Source: Nitrospirales bacterium (GTDB taxonomy: Bacteria; Nitrospirota; Nitrospiria; Nitrospirales; UBA8639). Taken from it: a stretch of DNA of 64,000 nucleotides. The stretch covers positions 2,144,001-2,208,000 of the forward strand of contig OY729426.1 in assembly GCA_963422365.1 (NCBI GenBank), read 5' to 3'. The stretch's first letter is position 1. Every line of letters begins with the position of its first letter. The notes under the pieces are model-generated. The model ran no database searches. It was not told the DNA's origin and saw nothing but the letters and a program-made list of their open reading frames with translations. Positions 10,186 to 20,518 of the stretch are shown piece by piece. A program made the position numbers and the translations under genes.

Positions 10186-11322
10186 TCATCGATGCATCTT
10201 GCTCGATGCTTTACAGCCTCTCACCTGGTTGCGCAGGCGTTGCAAAACGCGATTACGGCCCTGCAGCGAGACTCGACGGTATGTAAAGAAATACAGCACC
10301 ATTTGCAGAGACAGCGCGAGAAGTGACCACTCTCGAGTAAGCGGAATCAGCAGAACGAAAACCAGACTCGTCATGGGCCCTCCCCACATCAGCACACTTG
10401 CAGCGGGATTAGCGAATCGTTCATTTTTTAATGCTTTCGCGATCCTCTTGGCAAAACTACGATAAACCAGCATGTGGAGATGGACTTTATCAGGGCGAGT
10501 TGCTTGGTGGCCGCGGCGGACTGTTTTTCGAAAGATTGAAAACCAGATTTCAATGAGAGGATACGCCAAGACCAACACGCTGACCCATGGGGAGATATCA
10601 GGATTTCGTTCAGGAAGCATGACGGCGATATACGCAAGCAAAAGACCGATGAAATAGGCCCCTCCGTCTCCCAGAAATACGTAGCCGAACGGAAAATTGA
10701 TCAACAAGAATCCCGACAACACCGCGATGATCACAACAATGAGCAGCACGAGGTCGTGGTCACCGGCCATGGAGGCCACTACCGCAAACGCGCACAGCAA
10801 AATGATGCCGGCTCCGGTCGCAAGGCCATGAAACCCATCAATAATGTTGACGGCATGTGCCAAACTGGCCACGGCGAAGACGGTAAACGGGATGGAAACG
10901 ACCTGAAACCCCATAAAACTATCGACTGCAGGAATCTCGATCCTCGACACGACACAGCCAGTGAACAGGCAAAATATCAAAGCCGAAAGTATCGTTGTAA
11001 GGAAACGCCATGTAGGGGAAACTCTTTTCGTGCAGTCTTCTGCTAGCCCGCCTACAAAAGCTGGAATGCTGCTTATGCCAAACACAAATAACAGCTCATA
11101 TATTGGTGAAGCGGTCGCGGTCGCAGCCGCCAAAAAACCCGTGAACACGGCGAGGCCGCCAACCCTCGATGTTGACGTGTCATGGAACTTCTGCGGACCC
11201 GTCAATGTATCGAACGTCACCATGCCGTGCCAGGATCTGGTCAGGCTGATCAAGACGCCGGCAACGAAAGTGACTGCAAAGCCTATGCATACCGGATACG
11301 CTATCTCTGAAAAAACGATCAT
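10186..11322 (-). CDS. MraY/WecA-family undecaprenyl-phosphate sugar-1-phosphate transferase
   Basis: PQKFH...RVGG, NIIDGFHGL, FLGDGGAY, PDKVHLH; multiple TM helices. Confidence 0.9.
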   Translation of the reverse strand: MIVFSEIAYPVCIGFAVTFVAGVLISLTRSWHGMVTFDTLTGPQKFHDTSTSRVGGLAVFTGFLAAATATASPIYELLFVFGISSIPAFVGGLAEDCTKRVSPTWRFLTTILSALIFCLFTGCVVSRIEIPAVDSFMGFQVVSIPFTVFAVASLAHAVNIIDGFHGLATGAGIILLCAFAVVASMAGDHDLVLLIVVIIAVLSGFLLINFPFGYVFLGDGGAYFIGLLLAYIAVMLPERNPDISPWVSVLVLAYPLIEIWFSIFRKTVRRGHQATRPDKVHLHMLVYRSFAKRIAKALKNERFANPAASVLMWGGPMTSLVFVLLIPLTREWSLLALSLQMVLYFFTYRRVSLQGRNRVLQRLRNQVRGCKASSKMHR

Positions 11323-11938
11323 TGTGAACAACAGATCCAATCAAACGGCGACAAGCCTGTGCATTCCACAATGGATCGTGATCCTGCTCGCACTACATCA
11401 CGACCTTGAGGCAGCAGTTTGCAGCGAATCGGCGCTCAAGAACCGAGTCGGATACTATCTGGCGTGATTTCCATAAAGCAAGCGTCAGTGCATAAGTTCA
11501 GAACCCGTTGGCACTACGAACCAGGAGGGGTGCCATGCGATTCCAACATGTTGGCTACCGAAATCAGGGGGGGGATGGACCATATGGCCTCCTACCCTGA
11601 TGCAGGAAACCCACCGCCTGCATCCCCTCGCCCCCAACCGTAGCAACGTGAAACGTTCTGTCATCTTCACCCCTGGTGTCACCAGCATGACCTTACCCTG
11701 CCCAGCGTGTCGACCATCGGGCTCCTCACCGCCCGTGCGCCAGACAAGATGCACCATCCGCCCACCCCCCTGAGTTCTGTGCCACCTGCTCCCACCCTTG
11801 CCTCGGCCTCCAATCTCTGGCACGCCACATCGCAAAGAAGCCTCCTGGCTTCTCTATAAAGAATAGTTAGAACAAGCAAGGCTACGTGGCATAGGCAGTA
11901 TTGTTGCATCGATACCCGGAGCAAGCTATAGTTGAATC

Positions 11939-12264
11939 ATGAACGAAGCGATTGCCTTTGATACTCATAGATTTGTCAAGCGGCTGACGGCACACGGGTT
12001 TACCGAATCTCAGGCCGAGGTCCTAGCCGACGAACCGGTCAATCTACTGAACGGCAATTTGGCAACCAAACAGGGCATTGCCGCTATCCATGAAAAGATT
12101 GAGACGTTGCGGCAAGAGACCAAGAAGGATCTTGCTCTTATTCAGGCTGATTTGGAAAAGAAAGTAGCCGAGGCCAAAGTTGATACCATCAAATGGTTAA
12201 TCTGGATGTTTGGCACCACGTATGCCTTGTGATTGGCTTGCTAGCAAAAGTGCTTATGCTGTAG
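11939..12264 (+). pseudogene. DUF1640/CCDC90-like coiled-coil membrane-anchored protein, probable frameshift near 12226
   Basis: FDTHRFVKRL...GFTESQAEVL...LATK; ORF stops at 12232 but a shifted frame continues VIGLLAKVLML* (to 12264), matching the C-terminal TM of the paralogs. Confidence 0.7.
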
Positions 12265-12298
12265 AGAGAGGGAAACTAGTGCTTTTGAGGAGGATCCC

Positions 12299-12385
12299 CG
12301 TCATTTCCGCGAAAGCGGGAATCCGGAAAACCAGGGAAGGAATGAAGAGGTGATTTCACTGCCCCACGCTTTCGCGAGAATAACG
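12299..12385. repeat. GTCATTCCCGC...GGGAATCC-type palindromic element (inverted pair)
   Basis: CGTCATTTCCGCGAAAGCGGGAATCC at 12299-12324 and degenerate reverse complement CACGCTTTCGCGAGAATAACG ending 12385; related copy at 24138. Confidence 0.65.
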
Positions 12386-12846
12386 TCCGGCTATGTATCG
12401 CGTCAATCTTCCCGATCGTCAAAGAGACGGCAACCGGCGATCATTGGATAGAGTGACCGTGCCATCGGCACGGCAACGGAAATGACAGCGATTCCGAATG
12501 GCCGACCGACAAGGGCGTTGCGCTCGGCTGAGCCGGTCGATCGCAAGCTGAAGAAATTGATCTACCTCAAGCTGTTCCTCAACGTGTGGACCATGCGCAA
12601 ATCGGTGCTCATCGCGTTGTTCATTGTCACGCTGGACTATTAGGGCGTTTGGGTTGCTGTGCCTCAGGTCCTCTCTCCACCCACATTGACCTATAGCAGG
12701 ATTATCCCGTTTAACTTTACAGGGGTGGATCAGGGGCAATATCCCAATAGGTGCCGATCTATATAATAGCCCCTAGCCTACTGGCGACAGCATCAACGGG
12801 CTGGCGCACGGGAACAGTGGGGTACAGCAAGAATACAAGATCCTTG

Positions 12847-12868
12847 CTTCCTGATATTGGGCAGGAAG
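12847..12868 (-). terminator. Hairpin immediately 3' of tRNA-Leu, possible terminator
   Basis: CTTCCTG-N8-CAGGAAG; no strong U-tract. Confidence 0.3.
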
Positions 12869-12869
12869 A

Positions 12870-12958
12870 TGGTGCTGGAGGCCGGACTTGAACCGGCACG
12901 CCTCTTTCGAAGCACGGGATTTTAAGTCCCGGGTGTCTGCCTATTCCACCACTCCAGC
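12870..12958 (-). tRNA. tRNA-Leu (TAA)
   Basis: GCTGGAG acceptor stem, anticodon loop CTTAAAA, long variable arm, GGTTCAAGTCC T-arm, encoded CCA. Confidence 0.97.
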
Positions 12959-13263
12959 ACAGAGAGAGATCAATCTACCATCACGCTACTGGAGTGGCAA
13001 GAATGCCAGCAAGAGCAGACCATATTAAGGAATCTTATGTCGTTACAAAAATCAGGCAGCATGAGATGCTTGCAGCCATAACTTATCGGCATACGGGCAG
13101 CGTAAGACGCGGCAGTTAGATCAATGATTTATTGTAGCGACGCTATCCCCGCTCGGAGGCAAGGACATGCCTTAGGGTGCCTTTCGTTACGCCACGGTCA
13201 ACAAACGGCACTGAACCCTAGGACCAAACGGTGGCTCGGAATGATACGTGCTCTCTGGTTCTG

Positions 13264-14271
13264 TCAGGAACACAGCACGTGCTTCTGATACCAGGTCCAG
13301 AACTGACTCACGCCTTCTCTCACCGACCATTGAGAATTATAATCCAATAATGCTCTCGCCTTGGAAACATCGGCATGGGTGTAGGCAATATCAACCTCCG
13401 GCATTGGTGCCGAAACCAGGCTGGCCTTTCGTCCGGTGCATTCTTCGATCGCGTGCACAAACTCCGTCAGGAACACCGGTTCTCCTCTCCCGAGATTCAC
13501 TATTTCATATCCAAGCGACCGGTCGACCGCATTGACCACTCCCTGAACAATATCGGCCACGAAGGTCCAGTCACGGTGTATCTGCCCTGCATTGTAGAGG
13601 GGAACGTCACGCGCAAAAAAGATATTGTCTAATACCTTATAGGCCATCATATCCGGACGTCCCCGTGGCCCATACACCGTGAAAAACCGTAGAGCGGTAA
13701 ACGGCAACCCATACACGTGATGATACGAATGGCCCAACAGTTCCCCAGCCTTTTTGCTGGCCGCATAGGGGGCAAACGGTCGATCACATGGATCGTGTTC
13801 TTTAAAGGGTATGTGTTGGGTCTTGCCATACACCGACGAGGTAGACGCAAACACAAAAGTGGGGAACGAGGGACGCTGGACTTGACTCCCAATCTTTCCG
13901 ACGGCGGCATCCAGCACATTCAGCGTTCCATTTATATTCACGTCGCAATAGAGATGGGGATTCTCAATCGAAACCCGAACACCGGCCATAGCCGCCAAGT
14001 GAACGATCCCCTCAATTTCATAGGTTGAAAATATTTTTGCCACGGTGTCTTGGTGTCGAATGTCCCCTTCGATAAACGTAAAGAACTCCGCGTGGCCACT
14101 CTGTGTCAAAGCCCCTTTAACTTCTTCGACATTGGCTCGTTTTCTTGCCGGATCATAATAATCGTTGAGGTTATCCAACCCCACGACCCAATCCCCGCGT
14201 GTCGCAAGCGCCTCGACCGTATGGCTTCCGATAAATCCGGCTGCCCCTGTCACGAGTATGGTTTTACTCAA
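13264..14271 (-). CDS. NAD-dependent epimerase/dehydratase (UDP-glucuronate 4-epimerase-like)
   Basis: TGAAGFIG, HLAAMAGVR, ASTSSVYG, YAASK, RFFTVYGPRGRPDM. Confidence 0.92.
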   Translation of the reverse strand: MSKTILVTGAAGFIGSHTVEALATRGDWVVGLDNLNDYYDPARKRANVEEVKGALTQSGHAEFFTFIEGDIRHQDTVAKIFSTYEIEGIVHLAAMAGVRVSIENPHLYCDVNINGTLNVLDAAVGKIGSQVQRPSFPTFVFASTSSVYGKTQHIPFKEHDPCDRPFAPYAASKKAGELLGHSYHHVYGLPFTALRFFTVYGPRGRPDMMAYKVLDNIFFARDVPLYNAGQIHRDWTFVADIVQGVVNAVDRSLGYEIVNLGRGEPVFLTEFVHAIEECTGRKASLVSAPMPEVDIAYTHADVSKARALLDYNSQWSVREGVSQFWTWYQKHVLCS

Positions 14272-14339
14272 GTTACGAGATTCTCCATATTGTGCGATTT
14301 GTACCCCAAGGGTACAATGCCATCGTTCTTAAAAGCTTT

Positions 14340-14636
14340 ATGAGCACTCTTCCCTCAACAGAAGTGACTGAAGTCACGAAAAAAGCAACTGAACTAGACG
14401 CCGGACGTGACTTTGAAGCCGAAGTGATCGTTTACAACTGCAATTGTCATACGTATCAACAAGTCATCGATCTGTTTTGTCTGTATATTCCCGGCATGAC
14501 TTCATCCAAAGCCTTTGAGTTGGCTTGGCGAATCGATCATCATGGAAAGTCCCAAGTCTATCAAGGGACTCAAAAGTCGGCTGAAGAGATCGCAAATAAA
14601 CTTGCGGCCGGTGGGTTGCAAGTTGAAGTTCGCTAA
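14340..14636 (+). CDS. clpS: ClpS-family adaptor protein (atypical pocket)
   Basis: VIVYNCNCHTYQQV...YIPGMTSSKAFELAWRIDHHGKSQV...L...GL, colinear with the ClpS core. Confidence 0.7.
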   Translation: MSTLPSTEVTEVTKKATELDAGRDFEAEVIVYNCNCHTYQQVIDLFCLYIPGMTSSKAFELAWRIDHHGKSQVYQGTQKSAEEIANKLAAGGLQVEVR

Positions 14637-14760
14637 ACAATTTCTTTCTATGATCGCTCTATGTCCTCTTGCGCCGAATTGAAACTTCGTTCGTTTCCCC
14701 TGCATTGAAAATCGGATAGTCCTTTTTCCAACGGTTATCAAAACATCATGGTTGGTGAGA

Positions 14761-15402
14761 TTATTTCGCTTTTGGTTTCGAGGTCGGTTTCAACTTTGAC
14801 TTCCTTGTAACCTTGGCTTTTGATTGAGCGTGAGATCGAGGCTGCACCTTGAATAGACGTCCTGGACGTCGATTATCTGCGCATGACACGTTTTTTTTCG
14901 ATGAAGGTGTGGGCGTAGCCTTGCGAGAAACACTTTTCGTGGAAAGTTGACCCTTGCCCATCGTCTTCGATTTGCGAACGGGCTTGGGCGATGCTTTGCT
15001 TTTAGACTTTGTTTGAATGTTAGGAGAATTTTTCGGTTTTGTTTTCGAACGAGTCGGCTGCGGCGGTGTAGCTTTTGCCAAGGTCCGGGACCGGACAACC
15101 TTCGAAACTGAGGACCGTGTGATTTTCTGTGTAGTTCCATGTTTTTTTGTCGCAACCTTATCTTTTTTGACAGTTTTAGGCTTAGAAGTCGGAATCGTTC
15201 CTTTAGGCTTAGGAGAACTGAGAACCGGAAGAGATTTGCGAATTTTTAGAGATTTGAGACTCTCCCCACTATACACTCGAACTTGATACAACTCCATGAG
15301 TTGCTTCACGGCTTTTAGGTCCCCTTTGCGAGCCAGCACCAGCAAATGCCGACGCTGATTCATCTCCTCTTCTTCAGTATGGGATGCAACTCGCCTCTCC
15401 AT
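14761..15402 (-). CDS. Hypothetical protein with long Lys/Ser/Thr/Pro-rich basic tail (histone H1-like composition)
   Basis: Short folded-looking N-terminus (RRHLLVLARKGDLKAVKQLMELYQVRVY) then low-complexity basic tail. Confidence 0.6.
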   Translation of the reverse strand: MERRVASHTEEEEMNQRRHLLVLARKGDLKAVKQLMELYQVRVYSGESLKSLKIRKSLPVLSSPKPKGTIPTSKPKTVKKDKVATKKHGTTQKITRSSVSKVVRSRTLAKATPPQPTRSKTKPKNSPNIQTKSKSKASPKPVRKSKTMGKGQLSTKSVSRKATPTPSSKKNVSCADNRRPGRLFKVQPRSHAQSKAKVTRKSKLKPTSKPKAK

Positions 15403-15507
15403 ATCTGCCTTACGGTATCTCCACTATGGGTAGAACAGCCTTTTTTGTAGAAAATAGTGAGCGCGCGTCGACTATGGGATCCTCTTTCTGGATAAGGGTC
15501 CAGTCAG

Positions 15508-15696
15508 TTATTGTTTCTTGTTAAAAACCACAGCATCACACGAAAAATACTTTAATTGTTTTAAGGGGATAATAATGACCTCCTTAGAAGTATCAATTTC
15601 CAAGATTTCCATATCATCGCTGATCGTATGACGAAGGGCATCGCTGACCATGAGTTCCTGATTATCGGTAAACACCACTTTCACCCAATACTGCAC
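15508..15696 (-). CDS. Small hypothetical protein (62 aa)
   Basis: AAAGGAG RBS before GTG; beta-rich protein-like sequence. Confidence 0.75.
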   Translation of the reverse strand: MQYWVKVVFTDNQELMVSDALRHTISDDMEILEIDTSKEVIIIPLKQLKYFSCDAVVFNKKQ

Positions 15697-15766
15697 AATG
15701 GACTCCTTTCTTTTCTTCGCGCCCTCTCAAATTCCACCTTACCCACTTACCCAACACGATTCTCCA

Positions 15767-16660
15767 TCATAGGCCTTGACGTCCACCGCCTAACGCCGTT
15801 CGCTTAACCGACGGAGTGACCGGGGAGGATTTGGAGCGAATAGCCTGCTGTCCTAATTCCTTACAACGAATAGTCGCGCTCTCAACGGCGCTTATCACTG
15901 TCCCGCGCAGTTGCCCCTTCTCGAGTCGGTGCAATCCGGCAATGGTTGTCCCGCCTGGTGAAGCCACTCGGTCCTTTAAGACTCCAGGATGTTCCTTCGT
16001 TTCAATGACCATCTTTGCCGCACCCAAGACCGTTTGCGCCGCCAGTCGTTGTGCTTGAGAGCGGGACAGCCCCATTTTCACCCCCCCATCGGCCAAGGCC
16101 TCGATAAACAGATACACATACGCCGCCCCCCCGCCACTGAGACCAGTCACCGCATCCAAATGCGATTCATCAACCACAACGACTTGCCCTATCGCCTCGA
16201 ATACCGCCTGAGCCATTTCCATTTGTTCGACCGTCACTCCCGGGCCACCAGCCAAGGCAGTCGCGCCTTCTAAAACAAGAGCAGGGGTGTTAGGCATGGC
16301 CCGAACCACACGAGCATCCTGATACAATCCAGAAATAATGGTCTCGATAGGAACCCCTGCTGCAACGGTAACAATGAGTTGCTCAGCACCAGGAGATAAA
16401 TTCAGCTCACCTAAAACATTATTCATAACTTGAGGTTTTATTGATAGTATAATGATATCACTGGACTTAGCAAATTTTTGGTTATCCTGACCGACTCGGA
16501 CCTTAAAGGTCTTCTGAAAATGGGCTAGCCGTCGGGAATCCACATCCGTGGCATAAATCTGGCCAGCATTGACTACACCTTTTTTCAATAAACCGGAAAC
16601 AATGGCTTCCGCCATGTTCCCCGCACCAATAATTGATATTTTTTTTCTTTTCAGCATCAT
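15767..16660 (-). CDS. proC: Pyrroline-5-carboxylate reductase
   Basis: IIGAGNMAEA, IKPQ, VRAMPNTP, TGLSGGG.AY, VASPGGTT. Confidence 0.96.
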   Translation of the reverse strand: MMLKRKKISIIGAGNMAEAIVSGLLKKGVVNAGQIYATDVDSRRLAHFQKTFKVRVGQDNQKFAKSSDIIILSIKPQVMNNVLGELNLSPGAEQLIVTVAAGVPIETIISGLYQDARVVRAMPNTPALVLEGATALAGGPGVTVEQMEMAQAVFEAIGQVVVVDESHLDAVTGLSGGGAAYVYLFIEALADGGVKMGLSRSQAQRLAAQTVLGAAKMVIETKEHPGVLKDRVASPGGTTIAGLHRLEKGQLRGTVISAVESATIRCKELGQQAIRSKSSPVTPSVKRTALGGGRQGL

Positions 16661-16854
16661 TTTTGGGAGTATATCTCGGATCTTAGGCCTATTCAACTCA
16701 TCAACTAATTGTACCTTTACCCATCTTCGATCAAATAAGAATTTCAAAAAAAGCTTGCTGTTTTTTTATGGTCCAGCGTATAGTAAAAAATACGGATAAG
16801 TAGCCACCCTGTACTGCATGCCACCCCATGCGATCATGCGCCAAGGGGCTCCTC

Positions 16855-17961
16855 ATGAAAAATTGTCCATTTGTGTTCATAATCTGTGCGATCTTTAGCG
16901 TATCAGTCGCCTTGGTTCCTCAAAGTGTTGCTCGCCGAACCCACATAACGCCAGAGCAAAAGCAACAACTTCAAAAGGCTCAGCGTGTATTCGTGAATGC
17001 CCTTGCTCTTACCGAAAAGGGACGAACCGACCCCAAACATCTTCAAACTCTCGTCTCTCAACGGCTACAAGAAGTTGGATTTTCCGTGATCGTTGATCGA
17101 CAACAAGCCCATGATGTCGAATTCAAAGTAAAATGTGAAGAGCGAAAAACTTGGACTGGAACTACCGCAGAAGGAGGCGATGCCGAACTCTTTGACGCGC
17201 CATCGCGCCTTTGGAAAGGACCAGCGTGTTTGTTGACCTATTTGCTTAATGGGCAAAACCTCGGATGGTATAAGGAAGTCAGGACGTCTTTCCAGGATGC
17301 CATGCAAATCGCAAAATCGGCAGGTGCCAAAGATGCGGGAGTCTATGCACTCGACCGATTAGCCGAACGCCTCAGACAATACGACTTCCCTGTTCTGCTG
17401 GCAGCAGAATGGGGACAACCCGATCTGCTCATGAAGCTTATCGACACTCCCACGACTCCGAAAATCCGGAAACTCTTTATTCTCTCGGCATTGAGTGAAA
17501 TAGAAGCCGAAACAGCACTCCCTCGTTTAACAAAGCTGATGCAAGATAAGGATTTGGTGCAAGAAGCCGTGGAGGCCCTCACGGGCGTAGGAGAAGACTC
17601 TATTCCTTTTCTCACCGATTTATTTCAATCTTCGACTCAGTCTGAGATTCAAGCTGCAGCAGCTAAAGCTTTGGGTGACGTGGCAGGGCGGAGTGGAAAC
17701 CCAACGGCCATTCCCCCGCTTCTTAACTATCTCAAAAACACCTTAAAAAACTTCAACACCTCAGCCGATATTAATTTTCCTGTCTTAACCGAAGTCGTCT
17801 GGAGCCTCGGCAAACTGAGAGATGAGAATTCTCTCGGACCCATGGATGAACTGAATCAAAAGATCTGGTTGATTAACGATCATTCAAAAGAAATGGCAAA
17901 CCTTCGAGAAGCTGCAAATTGGACGTATAAACAACTCGACCTGGATGGACATGTGAGTTAA
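16855..17961 (+). CDS. Secreted protein with C-terminal HEAT-like repeats (paralog 1)
   Basis: Signal peptide; AVEAL..VG, AAAKALG, EVVWSLGKL helical repeats; colinear with next gene. Confidence 0.75.
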   Translation: MKNCPFVFIICAIFSVSVALVPQSVARRTHITPEQKQQLQKAQRVFVNALALTEKGRTDPKHLQTLVSQRLQEVGFSVIVDRQQAHDVEFKVKCEERKTWTGTTAEGGDAELFDAPSRLWKGPACLLTYLLNGQNLGWYKEVRTSFQDAMQIAKSAGAKDAGVYALDRLAERLRQYDFPVLLAAEWGQPDLLMKLIDTPTTPKIRKLFILSALSEIEAETALPRLTKLMQDKDLVQEAVEALTGVGEDSIPFLTDLFQSSTQSEIQAAAAKALGDVAGRSGNPTAIPPLLNYLKNTLKNFNTSADINFPVLTEVVWSLGKLRDENSLGPMDELNQKIWLINDHSKEMANLREAANWTYKQLDLDGHVS

Positions 17962-18151
17962 TCAGACTGACTCAAAACGCTTCATCCACGTCTCACGACG
18001 GCAATCTGCATCATACTCGTCGGCATAATCCCACGAGAGAGGCCCCGAGATCCCTCTTTCCATTCAGACTTATTATCCGGTACGATTCAGCCCTCAACAG
18101 ATATTCGCCTGTTTTCCAAATGTACCCTGATTCCTGTCAGGAGGATTCATA

Positions 18152-19252
18152 ATGCAATATCTATCTGGAATACTCATTTGCGTCTTTCTTTTGGCCTGTG
18201 CAACCGAAAGTCTGGCACGCCGAACCCATATGACAACCGAGCAAAAGACGCAATTAGCGAATATCAAGACTATATACCTCAATATCCTGGCGCTGACGGA
18301 AAACGGACAGGTTCCTCCCGCCGAGCTATTGGAAACGGTAAAGACCCGACTCGAGGCCATTGGATACAAAACCGTGCCCAACCGAAAAGAAGCTCATGAT
18401 GTAGAATTTCGAGTCAAATGCGAAGAACGAAAACGGTGGTCAGGCACCACACGTTCGGGTGGGGATGCGGAATTAGCCGATGCTCCTGCTCGACTGTGGA
18501 CAGGGCCAGCCTGTCTCTTTACTTATCGACTCAACGGTCAGGATTTAGGTTGGTATAAAGAAACGCGAACCGATTTCGTGGATGCCTATGCCGCAGCTCA
18601 AAAAGCCAAAGCCAAAAGCTCCGGACGGTACGCCATGGAACAATTAAACCTGAAATTACAGGAATTCGATTTTCCGGTCATGGTCGCCACGGAATGGGGA
18701 CATACCGACCGTTTGGCCGAACTCTTGAAAAATCCGGATACGGATACACGCCGTAAACTTCGAATTCTTTCAACCCTTTCGCGGGTCCAATCAAAACACG
18801 CCTTTCCCCATTTAGTGAAATTGGCCAGAGACGAAAATGCCGAATATGCCGAAGAAGCGATTATCGCCTTGGCTGGACTCGGTAGCTCAGCAACCCCCAT
18901 ACTCACAGATATTTTCATCACGACAAAAAAATCAAAAATTCAAGCAGCCGCAGCCAAGGGGCTGGGATTAATCGGCGCCCACACTGGCGACCCTCATATT
19001 ACCCCACCGTTACTCGATTATCTCAATAAAAATTTGGAAGATATGGACGAGTCATCGGACATTGATTTTTCAGTGCTCACCGAAGTGGTTTGGTCAATTG
19101 CCAAGCTCCGAAATGAAAAATCCATCGAACCAATCGAGCAACTCAACATTAAAATTTGGCTCATTCGAGATACATCAGACGAAATGAGAAAACTTCGAGA
19201 AGCCGCGAATGTTGCCACTAAAATGGTAGATCTCGACTATCAAATCATGTAG
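18152..19252 (+). CDS. Secreted protein with C-terminal HEAT-like repeats (paralog 2)
   Basis: GGAGG RBS; shares ARRTH.T.EQK, HDVEF.VKCEERK.W.GTT..GGDAEL, GPACL, LGWYKE, VLTEVVWS with paralog 1. Confidence 0.78.
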   Translation: MQYLSGILICVFLLACATESLARRTHMTTEQKTQLANIKTIYLNILALTENGQVPPAELLETVKTRLEAIGYKTVPNRKEAHDVEFRVKCEERKRWSGTTRSGGDAELADAPARLWTGPACLFTYRLNGQDLGWYKETRTDFVDAYAAAQKAKAKSSGRYAMEQLNLKLQEFDFPVMVATEWGHTDRLAELLKNPDTDTRRKLRILSTLSRVQSKHAFPHLVKLARDENAEYAEEAIIALAGLGSSATPILTDIFITTKKSKIQAAAAKGLGLIGAHTGDPHITPPLLDYLNKNLEDMDESSDIDFSVLTEVVWSIAKLRNEKSIEPIEQLNIKIWLIRDTSDEMRKLREAANVATKMVDLDYQIM

Positions 19253-20210
19253 CCTCCGATTGGAGGTTATACAAAACCACCGGCAGGACTCCCTTCTGTG
19301 GGCCTCGAACAAGGGAGGCCTCTTCTTGCCCCTTTCTCTCTTATCCTAAGCGGATCCAGATAAATTCCCTGTGGTACGTACGACCTTCGATCGAGCAACA
19401 CTAAAGAACCTGTCTTGTCTTCCCTGCACCTTCACCGTGCTATCCTGTTTGTCTATGCTCCATCTAGTGGGCTCAAAGCAACCAGGGCTCAGAGAGAACT
19501 CACACGGCTCCAAATGCAGACTCAAGAATCTATAGAGCGCAAGGGGAACGCTCAGGGCGCAGCCATTCGTATTGTCAGAGCCGACTTATTGGCTTCTCAG
19601 CTCAGCAAGCAACAGGCGACTGAAACCGATCAACCGCCCTATCGGCTCATGGTCGGTGTTTTTCGAACCCAAGAACAGGTGTATCGTGTCATTACACTTT
19701 TTCAACAGAGCGGAGAATACACCCAGTCTCTTCCGGAATCTGTATTCTGCTCACCCTGGGCAGACAACATGCCATCCAAGCACTAGCTCCAAGGGCGATG
19801 GCTGTGGGCGACGTCGGCAATATTACCGGTCCCAACCGTAGCCGATCTGCCGTCATGAGTGCGTTGAAAGGTTTGACCTCCCCTTCGCCGCCATGGTCAC
19901 TCTTTTCAAACAGCAGCAAGCGATACAGAGCCACGGCCTCGATGGTGGCGTTGACCGCGGTGCGGGAGAGGCGGATGACGGGGCCTTGGCTGATCTGTTG
20001 GAGAAACCCAAAATTTCATGCAAAGACAATAAGAGGGGGATCGTAGAGTCATGATGAGAGAAAACCCTGCAATCATGCTACCATGGACGTCCGTCAGAAA
20101 AACCTGTCCGAACAGTTTGTCGATTCGAACGCAATTCAAAAGAATGGCAAATACACCCACGTAAACAGGGAACCGTTACGCGTTGGGATGATCAAGAAGG
20201 AGGAGAACCC

Positions 20211-20381
20211 GTGGCAGAAGTGAAAATTGAAGATGGAATACTCAAGGTTACTGAACTGGATGTCCAAGATCCTCGGATTGTGAAAATTTTAGAGGAATAC
20301 CCACCCAACCGTTGGTGTGAAATTACGCGCAGAGCGATTAAAATCGGACTTGGGTATTTGCAGGGAGGAGCTCAAGACTAA
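20211..20381 (+). CDS. Small hypothetical protein (56 aa), below ORF-track cutoff
   Basis: Strong AGGAGGAG RBS then GTG: MAEVKIEDGILKVTELDVQDPRIVKILEEYPPNRWCEITRRAIKIGLGYLQGGAQD*. Confidence 0.75.
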   Translation: MAEVKIEDGILKVTELDVQDPRIVKILEEYPPNRWCEITRRAIKIGLGYLQGGAQD

Positions 20382-20518
20382 AACCTCACCAAACCCATTG
20401 CCAATGCTCTGAAATGAGAGACCCCTCGTCAAACCTCATTTCAACATCAAGATCTTCTCAAAAGGATGAGACGCTAAACAACCCACCACACAGACCGGAA
20501 AGCCAGAGTCCTCACAAG

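Noticed and set aside
11400..11930. ORFs 11485-11835 and neighbours as a transposase remnant
   Set aside because: No recognisable DDE or HUH motif.
19415..20160. Short ORFs, one with a SPOR-like PYRLMVGVFRT segment
   Set aside because: No convincing start or RBS and conflicting overlapping frames; may be remnants but cannot be assigned.
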